Source: Methyloglobulus sp. (GTDB lineage: Bacteria; Pseudomonadota; Gammaproteobacteria; Methylococcales; Methylomonadaceae). From it: DNA of 24,000 nt. The translations under genes were made by a program, and so were the position numbers. The notes beneath the pieces are model-generated. The model searched no databases. It was not told the DNA's origin and saw nothing but the letters and a program-made list of their open reading frames with translations. Below are positions 15,926 to 24,000 of this stretch, piece by piece (positions within the stretch are counted from its first letter, which is position 1; the number at the start of each line of letters is the position of its first letter). The stretch is taken from NCBI RefSeq assembly GCF_040079455.1, contig NZ_JBEBKJ010000002.1, positions 47,544 through 71,543 on the forward strand, given 5' to 3'.

Positions 15926-16981
15926 ATGATACTGAGTAGTCTCCTGGTACGAGCCCTATTGGTTTTCTTTGGGATATGTGGTCTGGCTGCGATAGTGGGC
16001 AGCGTTTATCAAATGCAGGCAAGCGCCGCCGATTTAAAAGCGCATCCTGTACCGGGACGTATGGTTAACGTCAATGGGCTGAACTATCACCTGAACTGCA
16101 CAGGCACAGGCACAGGTTCGCCAACGAGTATTTTGGAAGCCGGTTTGGGGGAAAGTGCCTTGAGCTGGTATCCGGTTCAAGCTAAACTCGCCCAAACAAC
16201 ACAAGTTTGCGCATACGATCGCGCCGGACTTGGATGGAGTGACCCGGCGGACGGCCCGATGTCGCTAGAGCAAGTTGCAACAAACTTGCATACGCTGCTT
16301 CGCAATGCATCGATTATGTCACCCTTTGTGTTGGTTTGCCATTCACGCGGCGGAATATTTTGCCGCCAGTTTTATCGCCAGTTCCCCAGTGAAGTGAAAG
16401 GCTTGGTTCTTGTTGATTCCACGCACGAACAAGGCGCTTTTCGGGAGTATCCTTATGCGCAAGCAGACTATTTTAAACAAAGAATCCAGATTGCCATTGC
16501 GCCTTTGCTGTCCCGTATTGGGGTTATTCGCTTGATGGGTTGGGCAAACGCTGACCGACAGCCATCACCTTTGCCTGCCGATATTTTGGCAGCGAAAACA
16601 GCCGTTCAAAACCGTACCGATACAACCCTCGCCGTCGTCAACGAAATAGCCGTGATGCGGAAAAGCTTGGATGCAGCGACCCCGCCGCCATCTTCGCTGG
16701 GCAAGCTGCCGCTGGTTGTATTGACTGCAGGCAAAGGAATAGATATTGGGTTGGCTGAACGTGAAGCCATAGCATCGAATAGTTCGGTAGAAAATGCCGT
16801 GGCAGTTGCACGTATTGAAAGCACGTCGCAGGAAGAATTGGCGGCCCTTTCATCAAACAGCAAGCATGTTATAGCGGATAGAAGTGGGCATTTCATTATG
16901 TATGACCAGCCTGACCTGTTGGTAAGCAATGTATTGGAACTATTGAATTCTGTTCGTTGTCTGTCCCCGCGTGATTGTTGA
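15926..16981 (+). CDS. Alpha/beta hydrolase with N-terminal membrane anchor or signal
   Basis: 351 aa. The N-terminus is hydrophobic (LLVRALLVFFGICGLAAIVG). The nucleophile-elbow-like motif is VCHSRGG, and DSTHE and a late H (GHFIMYDQP) follow. Confidence 0.75.
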   Translation: MILSSLLVRALLVFFGICGLAAIVGSVYQMQASAADLKAHPVPGRMVNVNGLNYHLNCTGTGTGSPTSILEAGLGESALSWYPVQAKLAQTTQVCAYDRAGLGWSDPADGPMSLEQVATNLHTLLRNASIMSPFVLVCHSRGGIFCRQFYRQFPSEVKGLVLVDSTHEQGAFREYPYAQADYFKQRIQIAIAPLLSRIGVIRLMGWANADRQPSPLPADILAAKTAVQNRTDTTLAVVNEIAVMRKSLDAATPPPSSLGKLPLVVLTAGKGIDIGLAEREAIASNSSVENAVAVARIESTSQEELAALSSNSKHVIADRSGHFIMYDQPDLLVSNVLELLNSVRCLSPRDC

Positions 16982-16983
16982 AG

Positions 16984-17817
16984 ATGATGACGCCCATTAA
17001 GCCAGTGAAATATAGCCAGTTCGGTGCCGATAAGGGGCAGATAGTGATCTACTTCCACGGTGCGCCTGGAGCGCCGGAAGAATGTGCCATTTTTGATTCT
17101 TATGCAAAAGATAAGGGTTTGACGATTATTTGTTTAGAGCGGTTTTCTATTGATTGCTCAATAAGTGGAGAAGCGTATTATCAGTTCCTGGCCAGGGAGA
17201 TTTCAACATTGGCCGACGGTAAATCGGTAGATTTTATTGGTTTCTCCATCGGTGCGTTCATCGCCTTTCAGACTAGCCGTTATATGGCTGATGGTGTCAG
17301 GAACATGCATTTGATTTCTGCGGCTGCGCCGTTGGAAGCGGGAGATTTTATAAACGCGATGGCAGGTAAACAGGTTTTTAAACTAGCCAAGGCATTTCCA
17401 GGATTGTTCGTTTTGTTGTCATACTGGCAAAGCTTGCTGGCTCTATTTTCCGCCAAGACACTATTTAATTTGTTGTTTGCCAGTGCCGCTGTTGCTGACA
17501 AAGCATTGGTCAACGACCGTGAGTTCCAAGCCAGTATCACCAACGTATTGCGGTCGTGTTTTATTGGCCACATCCAAGGCTATGTGCGTGACATAAAAGC
17601 GTATGTACAACCTTGGGAAACCACACTTTCTGACATTTCCGTCAATACGCACATCTGGCATGGGGCGGAGGATAACTGGTCGCCAACGCCGATGGCTGGC
17701 TACTTGAAATCAGCGATTCCGGGTTGCTCACATATCGAAATAATGGAAGGTTTGTCGCATTACTCATGTCTGTATGAAGCCGTGCCAAAAATATGCAGGC
17801 AATTGGGCAAGGCTTAA
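16984..17817 (+). CDS. Alpha/beta hydrolase
   Basis: About 277 aa. It has an HGAPG oxyanion-type motif, a GFSIGA (GxSxG) nucleophile elbow and a late GLSHY histidine. The start is uncertain: TTG at 16975 or 16978, or ATG at 16984 or 16987. It abuts or overlaps the upstream stop at 16979-16981. Confidence 0.75.
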   Translation: MMTPIKPVKYSQFGADKGQIVIYFHGAPGAPEECAIFDSYAKDKGLTIICLERFSIDCSISGEAYYQFLAREISTLADGKSVDFIGFSIGAFIAFQTSRYMADGVRNMHLISAAAPLEAGDFINAMAGKQVFKLAKAFPGLFVLLSYWQSLLALFSAKTLFNLLFASAAVADKALVNDREFQASITNVLRSCFIGHIQGYVRDIKAYVQPWETTLSDISVNTHIWHGAEDNWSPTPMAGYLKSAIPGCSHIEIMEGLSHYSCLYEAVPKICRQLGKA

Positions 17818-17873
17818 AATACAATCAATGCTCTTACCTTTTCGGTAGCATTTCAAGGAAATCGAGAACGAAC

Positions 17874-18476
17874 ATGTACAAACTTTATGACTTTTTACCT
17901 TCAGGAAATTGCTACAAAATTCGCCTTTTGCTTAATCAATTAGGCATTGACTATGAGCGGGTCAATGTTGATATTTTAAATAAAGAATCGCGTACGCCGG
18001 AGTTCCTAAAAATTAACCCTAATGGCCGCACGCCTGTTCTGTATCATGACGGGAAGTATCTTGCTGAGTCCAATGCGATTTTAGGGTATCTGGCTTCAGA
18101 TACCCACTTTTTACCTAAAGGCAAATACGAGCAAGCCCTGGTTTTGCAGTGGATGTTCTTTGAGCAATATAGTCATGAGCCTAATATCGCAACCCCACGA
18201 TATTGGGTGTCAATACTGAAGGCCGAAGAAGAATACAGGGAACAGCTGACAGCAAAAATGAAGCTCGGCTATGCTGCATTGGATGTCATGGAACAGCATT
18301 TGGCAATCAACACTTATTTTGTGGCTAACCAGTACAGTGTTGCGGATATTGCCTTGTATGCTTATACCCATGTTGCAGAAGAAGGCAAGTTTGATTTGTC
18401 AGGATACAGTAGTATACAGGCATGGTTTAAACGGGTTGAGAGCCAAGAAAACCATATTGACATTAAAAAAAGTTAA
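17874..18476 (+). CDS. Glutathione S-transferase family protein
   Basis: About 200 aa counted from the internal ATG at 17874. The longer listed ORF from 17793 overlaps the previous gene. It has a thioredoxin-like N-domain (YKLYDFLPSGNCYKIRLLLNQLGIDYE...GRTPVL) and a helical C-domain. Confidence 0.8.
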   Translation: MYKLYDFLPSGNCYKIRLLLNQLGIDYERVNVDILNKESRTPEFLKINPNGRTPVLYHDGKYLAESNAILGYLASDTHFLPKGKYEQALVLQWMFFEQYSHEPNIATPRYWVSILKAEEEYREQLTAKMKLGYAALDVMEQHLAINTYFVANQYSVADIALYAYTHVAEEGKFDLSGYSSIQAWFKRVESQENHIDIKKS

Positions 18477-18534
18477 CAAAACACTCAACCGAACGTGGTT
18501 ACAATGCAGTTTTATTTTTTAGAGGGATACTTAC

Positions 18535-18948
18535 ATGCTTTCACTATTTGAAAAACCAAATGCTCTATTAAGATTAGAAGGCTTAGGCATTTTTCTTCTG
18601 GCACTTACCGTCTATTGGCAGCAGTCGTTTGACTGGACGCTATTTTGGTCAACCGTTTTGCTACCGGATTTAGCGCTTCTTGGGTACCTTGTTAATGCCC
18701 GGGTTGGCGCAGTCACTTACAATATCACCCACTCAAAATTGTTGCCTTGCGCTCTGGCTTTGGTCTCGGTCGCAGAAGGTGACACCTTAGCCTTGGCATT
18801 GTCACTTATTTGGTTCATTCACATTGGTGTTGATCGGCTGTACGGTTACGGCCTGAAATACCCAGAAGGATTCAAAATTACCCATCTTGGTGTTATTGGG
18901 CAAGTAAGCAACGTAACCTTTGGCCGTTACTTACCTTGTGGAAAATAA
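18535..18948 (+). CDS. Small integral membrane protein (DUF4260-like)
   Basis: 137 aa with several hydrophobic helices. The motifs LLPDLALLGYL, YNITHS and HIGVDRLYGYGLKY...THLG match my recollection of the DUF4260 family. Confidence 0.6.
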   Translation: MLSLFEKPNALLRLEGLGIFLLALTVYWQQSFDWTLFWSTVLLPDLALLGYLVNARVGAVTYNITHSKLLPCALALVSVAEGDTLALALSLIWFIHIGVDRLYGYGLKYPEGFKITHLGVIGQVSNVTFGRYLPCGK

Positions 18949-19042
18949 ATGAAGTTTAACCAGTGCACGGGCTATACGGTTCTATTTTTCAGCTTTCTAT
19001 GCCCGGTTAGCTTTATCTTAGCCATCATAGAAGAGAGAAGCC

Positions 19043-19351
19043 ATGCTTGAACTCAGGCCAGCCTGTGAGCATTGCAACAAGCCGTTGCCGCCCGATTCAC
19101 TTGAAGCACGTATCTGTAGCTATGAATGTACGTTCTGTGCCGCCTGTGTCGACACTATCCTGGGTAACGTTTGCCCGAACTGCGCTGGTGGCTTTGTACC
19201 TAGGCCCATCAGGCCGTCCAAGAACTGGAAAAGCGATAACTATCTTGGCAAAGACCCGGCGAGTACCCAGATCAAGCACAGACCCGTTGACCAGGAAGAT
19301 CATGCGCGGTTTACGGCTGAAATTAGGTTAATACCACCCGAAAAGCGGTAA
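19043..19351 (+). CDS. Cys-rich DUF1272-like protein
   Basis: 102 aa. The pattern MLELRPACEHCNKPLPPDS...CSYECTFCAACV...CPNCAGGFVPRP is typical of DUF1272 zinc-ribbon-like proteins (from memory). Confidence 0.7.
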   Translation: MLELRPACEHCNKPLPPDSLEARICSYECTFCAACVDTILGNVCPNCAGGFVPRPIRPSKNWKSDNYLGKDPASTQIKHRPVDQEDHARFTAEIRLIPPEKR

Positions 19352-19452
19352 CCCAAAAACTGGAAAGGGGATAATCCTGTAATTGAAGTTACAGCTTAGT
19401 CTGCCTGTCTCATCCACATTGAGTATCTCTCAGTAAAATTTATATAAGGAAA

Positions 19453-19827
19453 ATGGCAATGGAAAACAATTCACATCAAGCTATTTGGGAAACCTACACA
19501 CAATCGTGGTCTGAGGCAGACGTATCGAAGCGGCTGCAAATATTCGGGCAATGCTTGAATCCTGATTGCGTGTACACCGACCCGCTCATCCAGACGACAG
19601 GATACGACCAATTGTCCGGGTACATGGCGGAGCTTCACAAGAACGTGCCGGGCGTAAAATTTATAACCACTGATTTCAAAAGCCACCATGACCGCAGCCT
19701 TACTCATTGGAATATGGTTGATGGTAATGGCAACGTACTCTCCCAAGGCGCAAGCTATGGTTTGTACGGAACTGGTGGACGTTTACTGCAAATGACCGGA
19801 TTCTTTGAACTACCTAACGCGGACTGA
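19453..19827 (+). CDS. NTF2-like / SnoaL-like domain protein
   Basis: 124-aa ORF with an AAGGAAAA RBS region upstream. Its size and pattern (W..Y...W...D......F......Y.DP) fit small NTF2-fold proteins. Confidence 0.6.
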   Translation: MAMENNSHQAIWETYTQSWSEADVSKRLQIFGQCLNPDCVYTDPLIQTTGYDQLSGYMAELHKNVPGVKFITTDFKSHHDRSLTHWNMVDGNGNVLSQGASYGLYGTGGRLLQMTGFFELPNAD

Positions 19828-19832
19828 ACGCT

Positions 19833-20222
19833 TTGACGACTTCCAGCGCCGAATACGTAGACTATGTTTTAGAGCATTTGCAATCCATCGCACCGGTACA
19901 GACAAGTCGGTTCTTTGGCGGAGTGGGAATTTCCAACGGTTTCGTCCAGTTTGCCATGGTGATGGGAAATAGCTTGTATTTTGTGGTCGATGACGATTCG
20001 CGGAAGAAATACGAACTAGCTGGGATGCAGCCGTTTTCGTATCTGACCAAGAAAGGCCGTGTCCAAGTGAACCGGTATTTTGAAGTTCCCGAAGAGGTGC
20101 TTACCGATTCGGAACACCTGCGGCAATGGGCCAATGAATCCATGCAGGTGGCCGAGAAAACCAAGAAGCCTAAAAGGGTGCACCAAAGCCAGTCACCAGT
20201 TAACCCTGCATTAGGCCTTTAA
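19833..20222 (+). CDS. TfoX/Sxy N-terminal-domain-only protein
   Basis: 129 aa with a probable TTG start. The sequence RFFGGVGISNGFVQFAMVMGNSLYFVVDD...QPFSY...YFEVPEEVLTDSEHLRQW is characteristic of the TfoX_N domain. No C-terminal TfoX domain is present. Confidence 0.6.
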   Translation: MTTSSAEYVDYVLEHLQSIAPVQTSRFFGGVGISNGFVQFAMVMGNSLYFVVDDDSRKKYELAGMQPFSYLTKKGRVQVNRYFEVPEEVLTDSEHLRQWANESMQVAEKTKKPKRVHQSQSPVNPALGL

Positions 20223-21019
20223 ACCTCGAACCTGTCGATGTTCCTGAAAACCAGTGACGGGTTCACGCCAAAAGTATCGCGGAAACAGCGGTTAAAATGG
20301 GCAGAATCTGTAAATCCACCCTCCATAGCGGCATAGGTCAGATTGTCTACTTTATGAAGCGTGTCCATCGCCGACACTATTCGCCGCCACATCCGATATC
20401 GGCGGAAGGGGATATCCGAGTGTTCTATAAACAAATGCCTGAACCTGGAAGCAGAAAGGCCTACGGAAGATGCCAAATATTCCTGGCTAAAATCATTTCC
20501 TGGGTCAAGCTGAATAGTGTGCATGATGCTGGCAATGCGCGGATCGACTTCGCTTTCAGCGGCTCCACCGGCATTCAGTAACTGATTGATCATCTGGTTA
20601 ATTTCTGTTTTTGATGGCTTTTCTTCGTAAATTTTTTGAAAACATCCAACCCACTCCGTATCAATTATGTTCGTAATAGTCGATGTTGGAAAGGGAACGC
20701 GTTTCCTGAAATTAATAAAGTCAGTTGAGTTTTTCTCGATCACCAAACAAGCCACAATATTCCCGTTTGCGTTTAATTCATGTTTGCATCCTGCCGGGAT
20801 AACGGCACAACGATAGGCTTTATAAGGCTCGTTCATCGCCTTCATTAAAAATGGTTGGTAGAGTCCCACATTGATAGCTACCGATCCCATGGCATGGAAA
20901 TCCAATTGTTGTAGCGGTCCCAAAAACAAGGTGCGGTTCGTCCACATAAAAAGATTAGGTCGGAAACGATATTGCAATTCAGGGATAGCCGGTTTGTACA
21001 ATTTATTGTTATTCGACAT
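20219..21019 (-). CDS. AraC-family transcriptional regulator
   Basis: 266 aa. The C-terminal double HTH reads SQEYLASSVGLSASRFRHLFIEHSDIPFRRY...LTYAAMEGGFTDSAHFNRCFRDTFGVNPS. Its stop overlaps the convergent TfoX_N gene stop within TTAA (20219-20222). Confidence 0.88.
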   Translation of the reverse strand: MSNNNKLYKPAIPELQYRFRPNLFMWTNRTLFLGPLQQLDFHAMGSVAINVGLYQPFLMKAMNEPYKAYRCAVIPAGCKHELNANGNIVACLVIEKNSTDFINFRKRVPFPTSTITNIIDTEWVGCFQKIYEEKPSKTEINQMINQLLNAGGAAESEVDPRIASIMHTIQLDPGNDFSQEYLASSVGLSASRFRHLFIEHSDIPFRRYRMWRRIVSAMDTLHKVDNLTYAAMEGGFTDSAHFNRCFRDTFGVNPSLVFRNIDRFEV

Positions 21020-21079
21020 GGTTAAAATAGCGATGGAATGAATTGAAAGTCTTTAACTTACTTGCTTTGGAGAACAACG

Positions 21080-21523
21080 ATGGATGTAATATTAAACCAA
21101 ACAGCGCCCATAATCGCTATTTCATGCGCAGGTGTATTTTTTATGACGGGATTATTGACGGGCGTATGGAAATTTTCTTGTATGATGAAGAGCAAAGAAT
21201 TTGTAGCCCCTTACTATGTGGACATTGCCCACCGGTCAGCATTGCTGTATTCCTATGCGGCCATGTTGATTGCTATGTTTGCCTATTTCAGCATCTTTGC
21301 AGAATGGGTAAATATTTCGGCAACGATTGCACCGTTACTATTCTTTGCTATTGCCATTTTCAATTACATCAAGCTGGGCATCAAAAATACGACGAACAAC
21401 CAACTGCGTGATTCTGAAAATCCCGCTGCTGACAAAATGATCATGGGAGCTTTGGCAGTTGCAGAAATAGGCGGTTTCTTTATTTTACTCATTGGCTTTT
21501 TCGTTAGGGTTTTATTATTATGA
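21080..21523 (+). CDS. Hypothetical integral membrane protein (about 4 TM helices), divergent from the AraC gene
   Basis: I chose the ATG at 21080, which has a GGAGA RBS 6 nt upstream; the listed ORF starts at 21062. Four hydrophobic stretches are visible. The overlapping ORF 21043..21411 in another frame is judged spurious. Confidence 0.6.
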   Translation: MDVILNQTAPIIAISCAGVFFMTGLLTGVWKFSCMMKSKEFVAPYYVDIAHRSALLYSYAAMLIAMFAYFSIFAEWVNISATIAPLLFFAIAIFNYIKLGIKNTTNNQLRDSENPAADKMIMGALAVAEIGGFFILLIGFFVRVLLL

Positions 21524-21658
21524 TGAGAACTATTTAATCCCTAGCAAAAATAGATGGTTAAAATTTCGCTCAACCAGAGAAGAGTGATTAGGTTTTATAT
21601 CTATGCTGTCCATGTTGTGCCCGTTTAGCATTACATTTGAACTCAAAATGGTGATTTC

Positions 21659-21982
21659 TTGAAAAAACTCCATTTGGCAATTTCTACCAATAAAATTGAG
21701 GAAACCATTAAAGATTACGGCCTTCGGTTTGCTATGGAGCCATGCGCTTATGCAATCGGAGAGTATGCGCTGTGGCGCACAAAATCCCTCAATGTATCTA
21801 TTCGACAAGATGCCTCATGTGCCCCAGGCTCGCTTCGGCATTTGGGTTGGGAAGACTCCTCTGCAACTGAGTTCTCGAAAGAGGTTGATGTAAATGGTAT
21901 TGTTTGGGAAAGATTTGCCGCCCAGCACCAAGCCGATGAAATCAATGAAAATTGGCCAGAGACCAATTACCATCAGAAGTAA
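21659..21982 (+). CDS. Hypothetical protein
   Basis: 107-aa ORF with a TTG start and a double stop (taataa). No motif was recognised. It is preferred over the antisense ORFs only on length and strand consistency. Confidence 0.4.
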   Translation: MKKLHLAISTNKIEETIKDYGLRFAMEPCAYAIGEYALWRTKSLNVSIRQDASCAPGSLRHLGWEDSSATEFSKEVDVNGIVWERFAAQHQADEINENWPETNYHQK

Positions 21983-22028
21983 TAAATCCTAACAACTCTT
22001 TCCACACGGATACCTGAGAGGCATATTC

Positions 22029-22391
22029 ATGCTTGATAAAGCTTTCGCTGACCATTTTGCCGCTGATTGGATTGCGTCTTGGAACAGCCATGACCTTGGT
22101 CGCATTTTGTCGCACTATACCGACGATTTTGAAATGACATCCCCTGTCATTATAAAAGTGGCAGGAGAACCGTCAGGTACATTAAAGGGTAAAGAAAATA
22201 TAAGAGCCTACTGGGCTAAAGCCTTGCAATTGGTGCCAGAACTGCATTTTGAATTGGTGACTACGCTGATTGGGGTAAACAGCATAACCTTGTATTACCA
22301 AGGTGTGCGTGGCCTTTCGGGAGAGGTTTTTCATTTCAACCAAGAAGGCAAGGTTACTAAAGCCTATGCCCACTATACTCAAAGCGTTTAA
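22029..22391 (+). CDS. NTF2-like / SnoaL-like (ketosteroid-isomerase-like) protein
   Basis: 120 aa. The pattern FAADWIASWNSHDLGRILSHYTDDFEMTSP...AYWAKAL is typical of SnoaL-like domain proteins. Confidence 0.7.
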   Translation: MLDKAFADHFAADWIASWNSHDLGRILSHYTDDFEMTSPVIIKVAGEPSGTLKGKENIRAYWAKALQLVPELHFELVTTLIGVNSITLYYQGVRGLSGEVFHFNQEGKVTKAYAHYTQSV

Positions 22392-22438
22392 CTCCGTGTT
22401 CTAGCAAACTCGATTATTTTTTATTCACTAAATCGGCT

Positions 22439-22999
22439 ATGACTAAAATACTTGCGCTATCCGGTAGCCTGCGTGCCGCATCTATCAACTCCGCGTTACT
22501 TCGTGCGTCAGCAAGGCTTGCGCCGCCGGAAGTGTCGATAACAGTATTTCTTAGGTTAGGTGATTTGCCTTTGTTCAATCCAGATTACGAAACCAACCCA
22601 CCGAGCATCGTCACAAATTTTCGCTCCGAAGTGGCGGAGGCGGATGCGTTGATTATCGCTAGCCCTGAATACGCTCACGGCATCACGGGAACAATCAAGA
22701 ATGCCTTGGATTGGCTCGTGAGTTTTGAATCATTTGCCAATAAACCGGTTGCTGTAATCAATACGTCACCGCGTGCCTATCATTCCGATGCCGCTTTACG
22801 TGAAACCTTAAAAACGATGGCTGCTGAGATAGTAGAACCAGCGTCTATCAAAATTCCGCTTCTCGGGGCTAAGCTTGATGAAGACAGCATGGTATCTTCC
22901 CCATCTGTTGCAACGCCCATTCAGGAAGCGCTTGTTGCGCTTTGCCAAGCGGCCAGTTTGTACAAAACATCAACGAATGCATCATTTCCAATTCGGTGA
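22439..22999 (+). CDS. NADPH-dependent FMN reductase family protein
   Basis: 186 aa. The flavodoxin-like motifs KILALSGSLRAASINSALL and ADALIIASPEYAHGITGTIKNALDWL are present. Confidence 0.85.
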   Translation: MTKILALSGSLRAASINSALLRASARLAPPEVSITVFLRLGDLPLFNPDYETNPPSIVTNFRSEVAEADALIIASPEYAHGITGTIKNALDWLVSFESFANKPVAVINTSPRAYHSDAALRETLKTMAAEIVEPASIKIPLLGAKLDEDSMVSSPSVATPIQEALVALCQAASLYKTSTNASFPIR

Positions 23000-23039
23000 G
23001 CATTATATGATCCTCAATACTCGGTAGTGCCGAAAAGCC

Positions 23040-23771
23040 ATGAATTTACAGCAAGTGGTAACACGATTAGAAACTTTAGCCGACTCGGAGAAAATAGCAA
23101 CCAAGGAACGAAAGTTTGGTATAAAAGCCCGGAACTCAATAGGCATTTACCACAAAGACCTTAAGGTACTTGCTAAGGAAATTGGCTGTGATAACAGGCT
23201 CGCCATTGAGCTATTTGATACCGGTATCTATGAAGCAAGAATATTGTGTAGCAAAATCTACGATCCAAAGTGCATTACCGAAGAACAAATGAATCAATGG
23301 GCGATGACCTTTGAGAACTGGGAAATCTGTGATTCTTTCTGCATGGGATTTTTCGCCAAAAGCAAACATGGCTTGGCCAAAGCCTTTGAATGGTCAGGGA
23401 ATGAACATGAATTCATCAAACGGGCTGGTTTTGTCATCATGGCGGCTTATGGTTTTGCCGACAAAACAGCGAGCAACGAAGCGTTTGAGTCATTCTTTCC
23501 GGTCATTGAGCGGGAAGTTAACGACGAGCGAACTTATGTTAAAAAAGCCATAAATTGGGCGCTTCGCAATATCGGCAAAAGAAATGTCGATCTGAATAAA
23601 CTGGCTATAGTCGTTGCCAAGCGTATCCTAGCCAACGATAGCAAGTCAGCAAAATGGATTGCTAAAAATGCCATTAGCGAACTTGAAAAACCGGATGTCA
23701 GTATTTTGGATTATCCAAGGCTTATTTATAGGCCAATGGCTAACAAAGCATTGCATCGTGCAAGTCGTTGA
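23040..23771 (+). CDS. DNA alkylation repair enzyme family (AlkD/AlkC-like HEAT-repeat protein)
   Basis: 243 aa. The motifs WEICDSFC, IKRAGFVIMA and VKKAINWALRNIGKRN are characteristic of the DNA_alkylation family. Confidence 0.8.
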   Translation: MNLQQVVTRLETLADSEKIATKERKFGIKARNSIGIYHKDLKVLAKEIGCDNRLAIELFDTGIYEARILCSKIYDPKCITEEQMNQWAMTFENWEICDSFCMGFFAKSKHGLAKAFEWSGNEHEFIKRAGFVIMAAYGFADKTASNEAFESFFPVIEREVNDERTYVKKAINWALRNIGKRNVDLNKLAIVVAKRILANDSKSAKWIAKNAISELEKPDVSILDYPRLIYRPMANKALHRASR

Positions 23772-23912
23772 AAGCGGTGTTATGCTTTTTTTATATATGT
23801 ATTGAAATTAAATACTGCTGACAAAGGTTGTCAGGATGGGGCTGTTAATCTACATGAAGAGTCGAGTTGTTATTGTACTTGGCCACTTTTAAACCAGATT
23901 GGGAGATTTTCA

Positions 23913-24000
23913 ATGTATCAAATTTATAGCCATCCCTATTCGCAACATAGCCGCCGCGTGATTTCATTGCTGGAAGAAGTCGGCATTGAGTATGAAAGCC
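23913..24000 (+). CDS. Glutathione S-transferase-like protein, 5' fragment (continues past the window)
   Basis: The ATG has a GGGAGA RBS about 7 nt upstream. MYQIYSHPYSQHSRRVISLLEEVGIEYES matches a GST N-terminal thioredoxin-fold start. Confidence 0.55.
   Translation, partial: MYQIYSHPYSQHSRRVISLLEEVGIEYES

Larger units (their letters stand above)
3663..24000. mobile_element. Tn7-family transposon inserted at attTn7 downstream of glmS (right end, tnsABCDE and cargo; left end beyond the window)
   Basis: The right-end repeats are followed by tnsA, tnsB, tnsC, tnsD and tnsE in Tn7 order, then accessory-type genes. No inverted copy of the end repeats was found up to position 24000. Confidence 0.85.

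Noticed and set aside
17793-17873. An N-terminal extension of the GST ORF that overlaps the upstream hydrolase gene.
   Set aside because: GST homology begins at MYKLYDF (ATG 17874). The extension (MQAIGQGLKYNQCSYLFGSISRKSRTN) overlaps the preceding CDS and has no GST counterpart.
19047-21411. Alternate-frame ORFs 19047..19331(+), 19862..20164(-), 20297..20581(+) and 21043..21411(+).
   Set aside because: Each overlaps a CDS with recognisable family motifs (DUF1272, TfoX_N, AraC, membrane protein), and none has motifs of its own.
21627-21647. GCATTAC-ATTTGAA in the 21524-21658 spacer is a circular permutation of ATTTGAA-GCATTAC, which immediately precedes attC-like copy 1 (12572-12585).
   Set aside because: These are two 7-mers in AT-rich sequence with no accompanying GGGAC/CCCCTT stem. 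That is too short to distinguish from chance.
3663-24000. Whether this is a CRISPR-associated transposon (CAST) or another RNA-guided Tn7 variant.
   Set aside because: I saw no CRISPR repeat array and no cas-like ORFs (Cas12k, Cascade) in the window. The element has classical TnsD plus TnsE selectors and sits at glmS.

Overview
Chromosomal window, probably gammaproteobacterial; GC looks like the low 40s % by eye and was not computed. It begins with the atpC 3' end, a terminator, glmU and glmS.

About 25 bp after the glmS stop codon lies the right end of a Tn7-family transposon sitting in the canonical attTn7 site. The element encodes a complete tnsA-tnsB-tnsC-tnsD(TniQ)-tnsE module (3781-11481). 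It also carries at least 12.5 kb of cargo that runs off the right edge of the window, and I found no left end.

The cargo starts with a divergently oriented LuxR-family regulator. No luxI is in the window, and a 20-bp lux-box-like palindrome lies upstream of the regulator. After it come about 20 small, mostly same-strand, functionally unrelated genes:
- two glutathione S-transferases plus a third partial one
- AhpD-like, DJ-1/PfpI, ABM and FMN-reductase genes
- a haloacid-dehalogenase-like HAD and two alpha/beta hydrolases
- NTF2-like proteins, DUF-type proteins and a DNA alkylation repair protein
- an AraC regulator on the opposite strand

The most unusual signal is three imperfect palindromes: two of about 105 bp that are roughly 80% identical, and one of about 40 bp. 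Their inner stems and unpaired bases resemble integron attC sites. They bracket the first cargo genes, yet no integron integrase is in the window. This suggests an integrase-less cassette array (CALIN-like) with the LuxR gene and lux box sitting where intI and Pc would be. The outer R boxes are non-canonical, so this needs a covariance-model check.

No CRISPR array, cas genes, rRNA or tRNA were seen. All family calls come from motifs read by eye and from memory; no searches were run.
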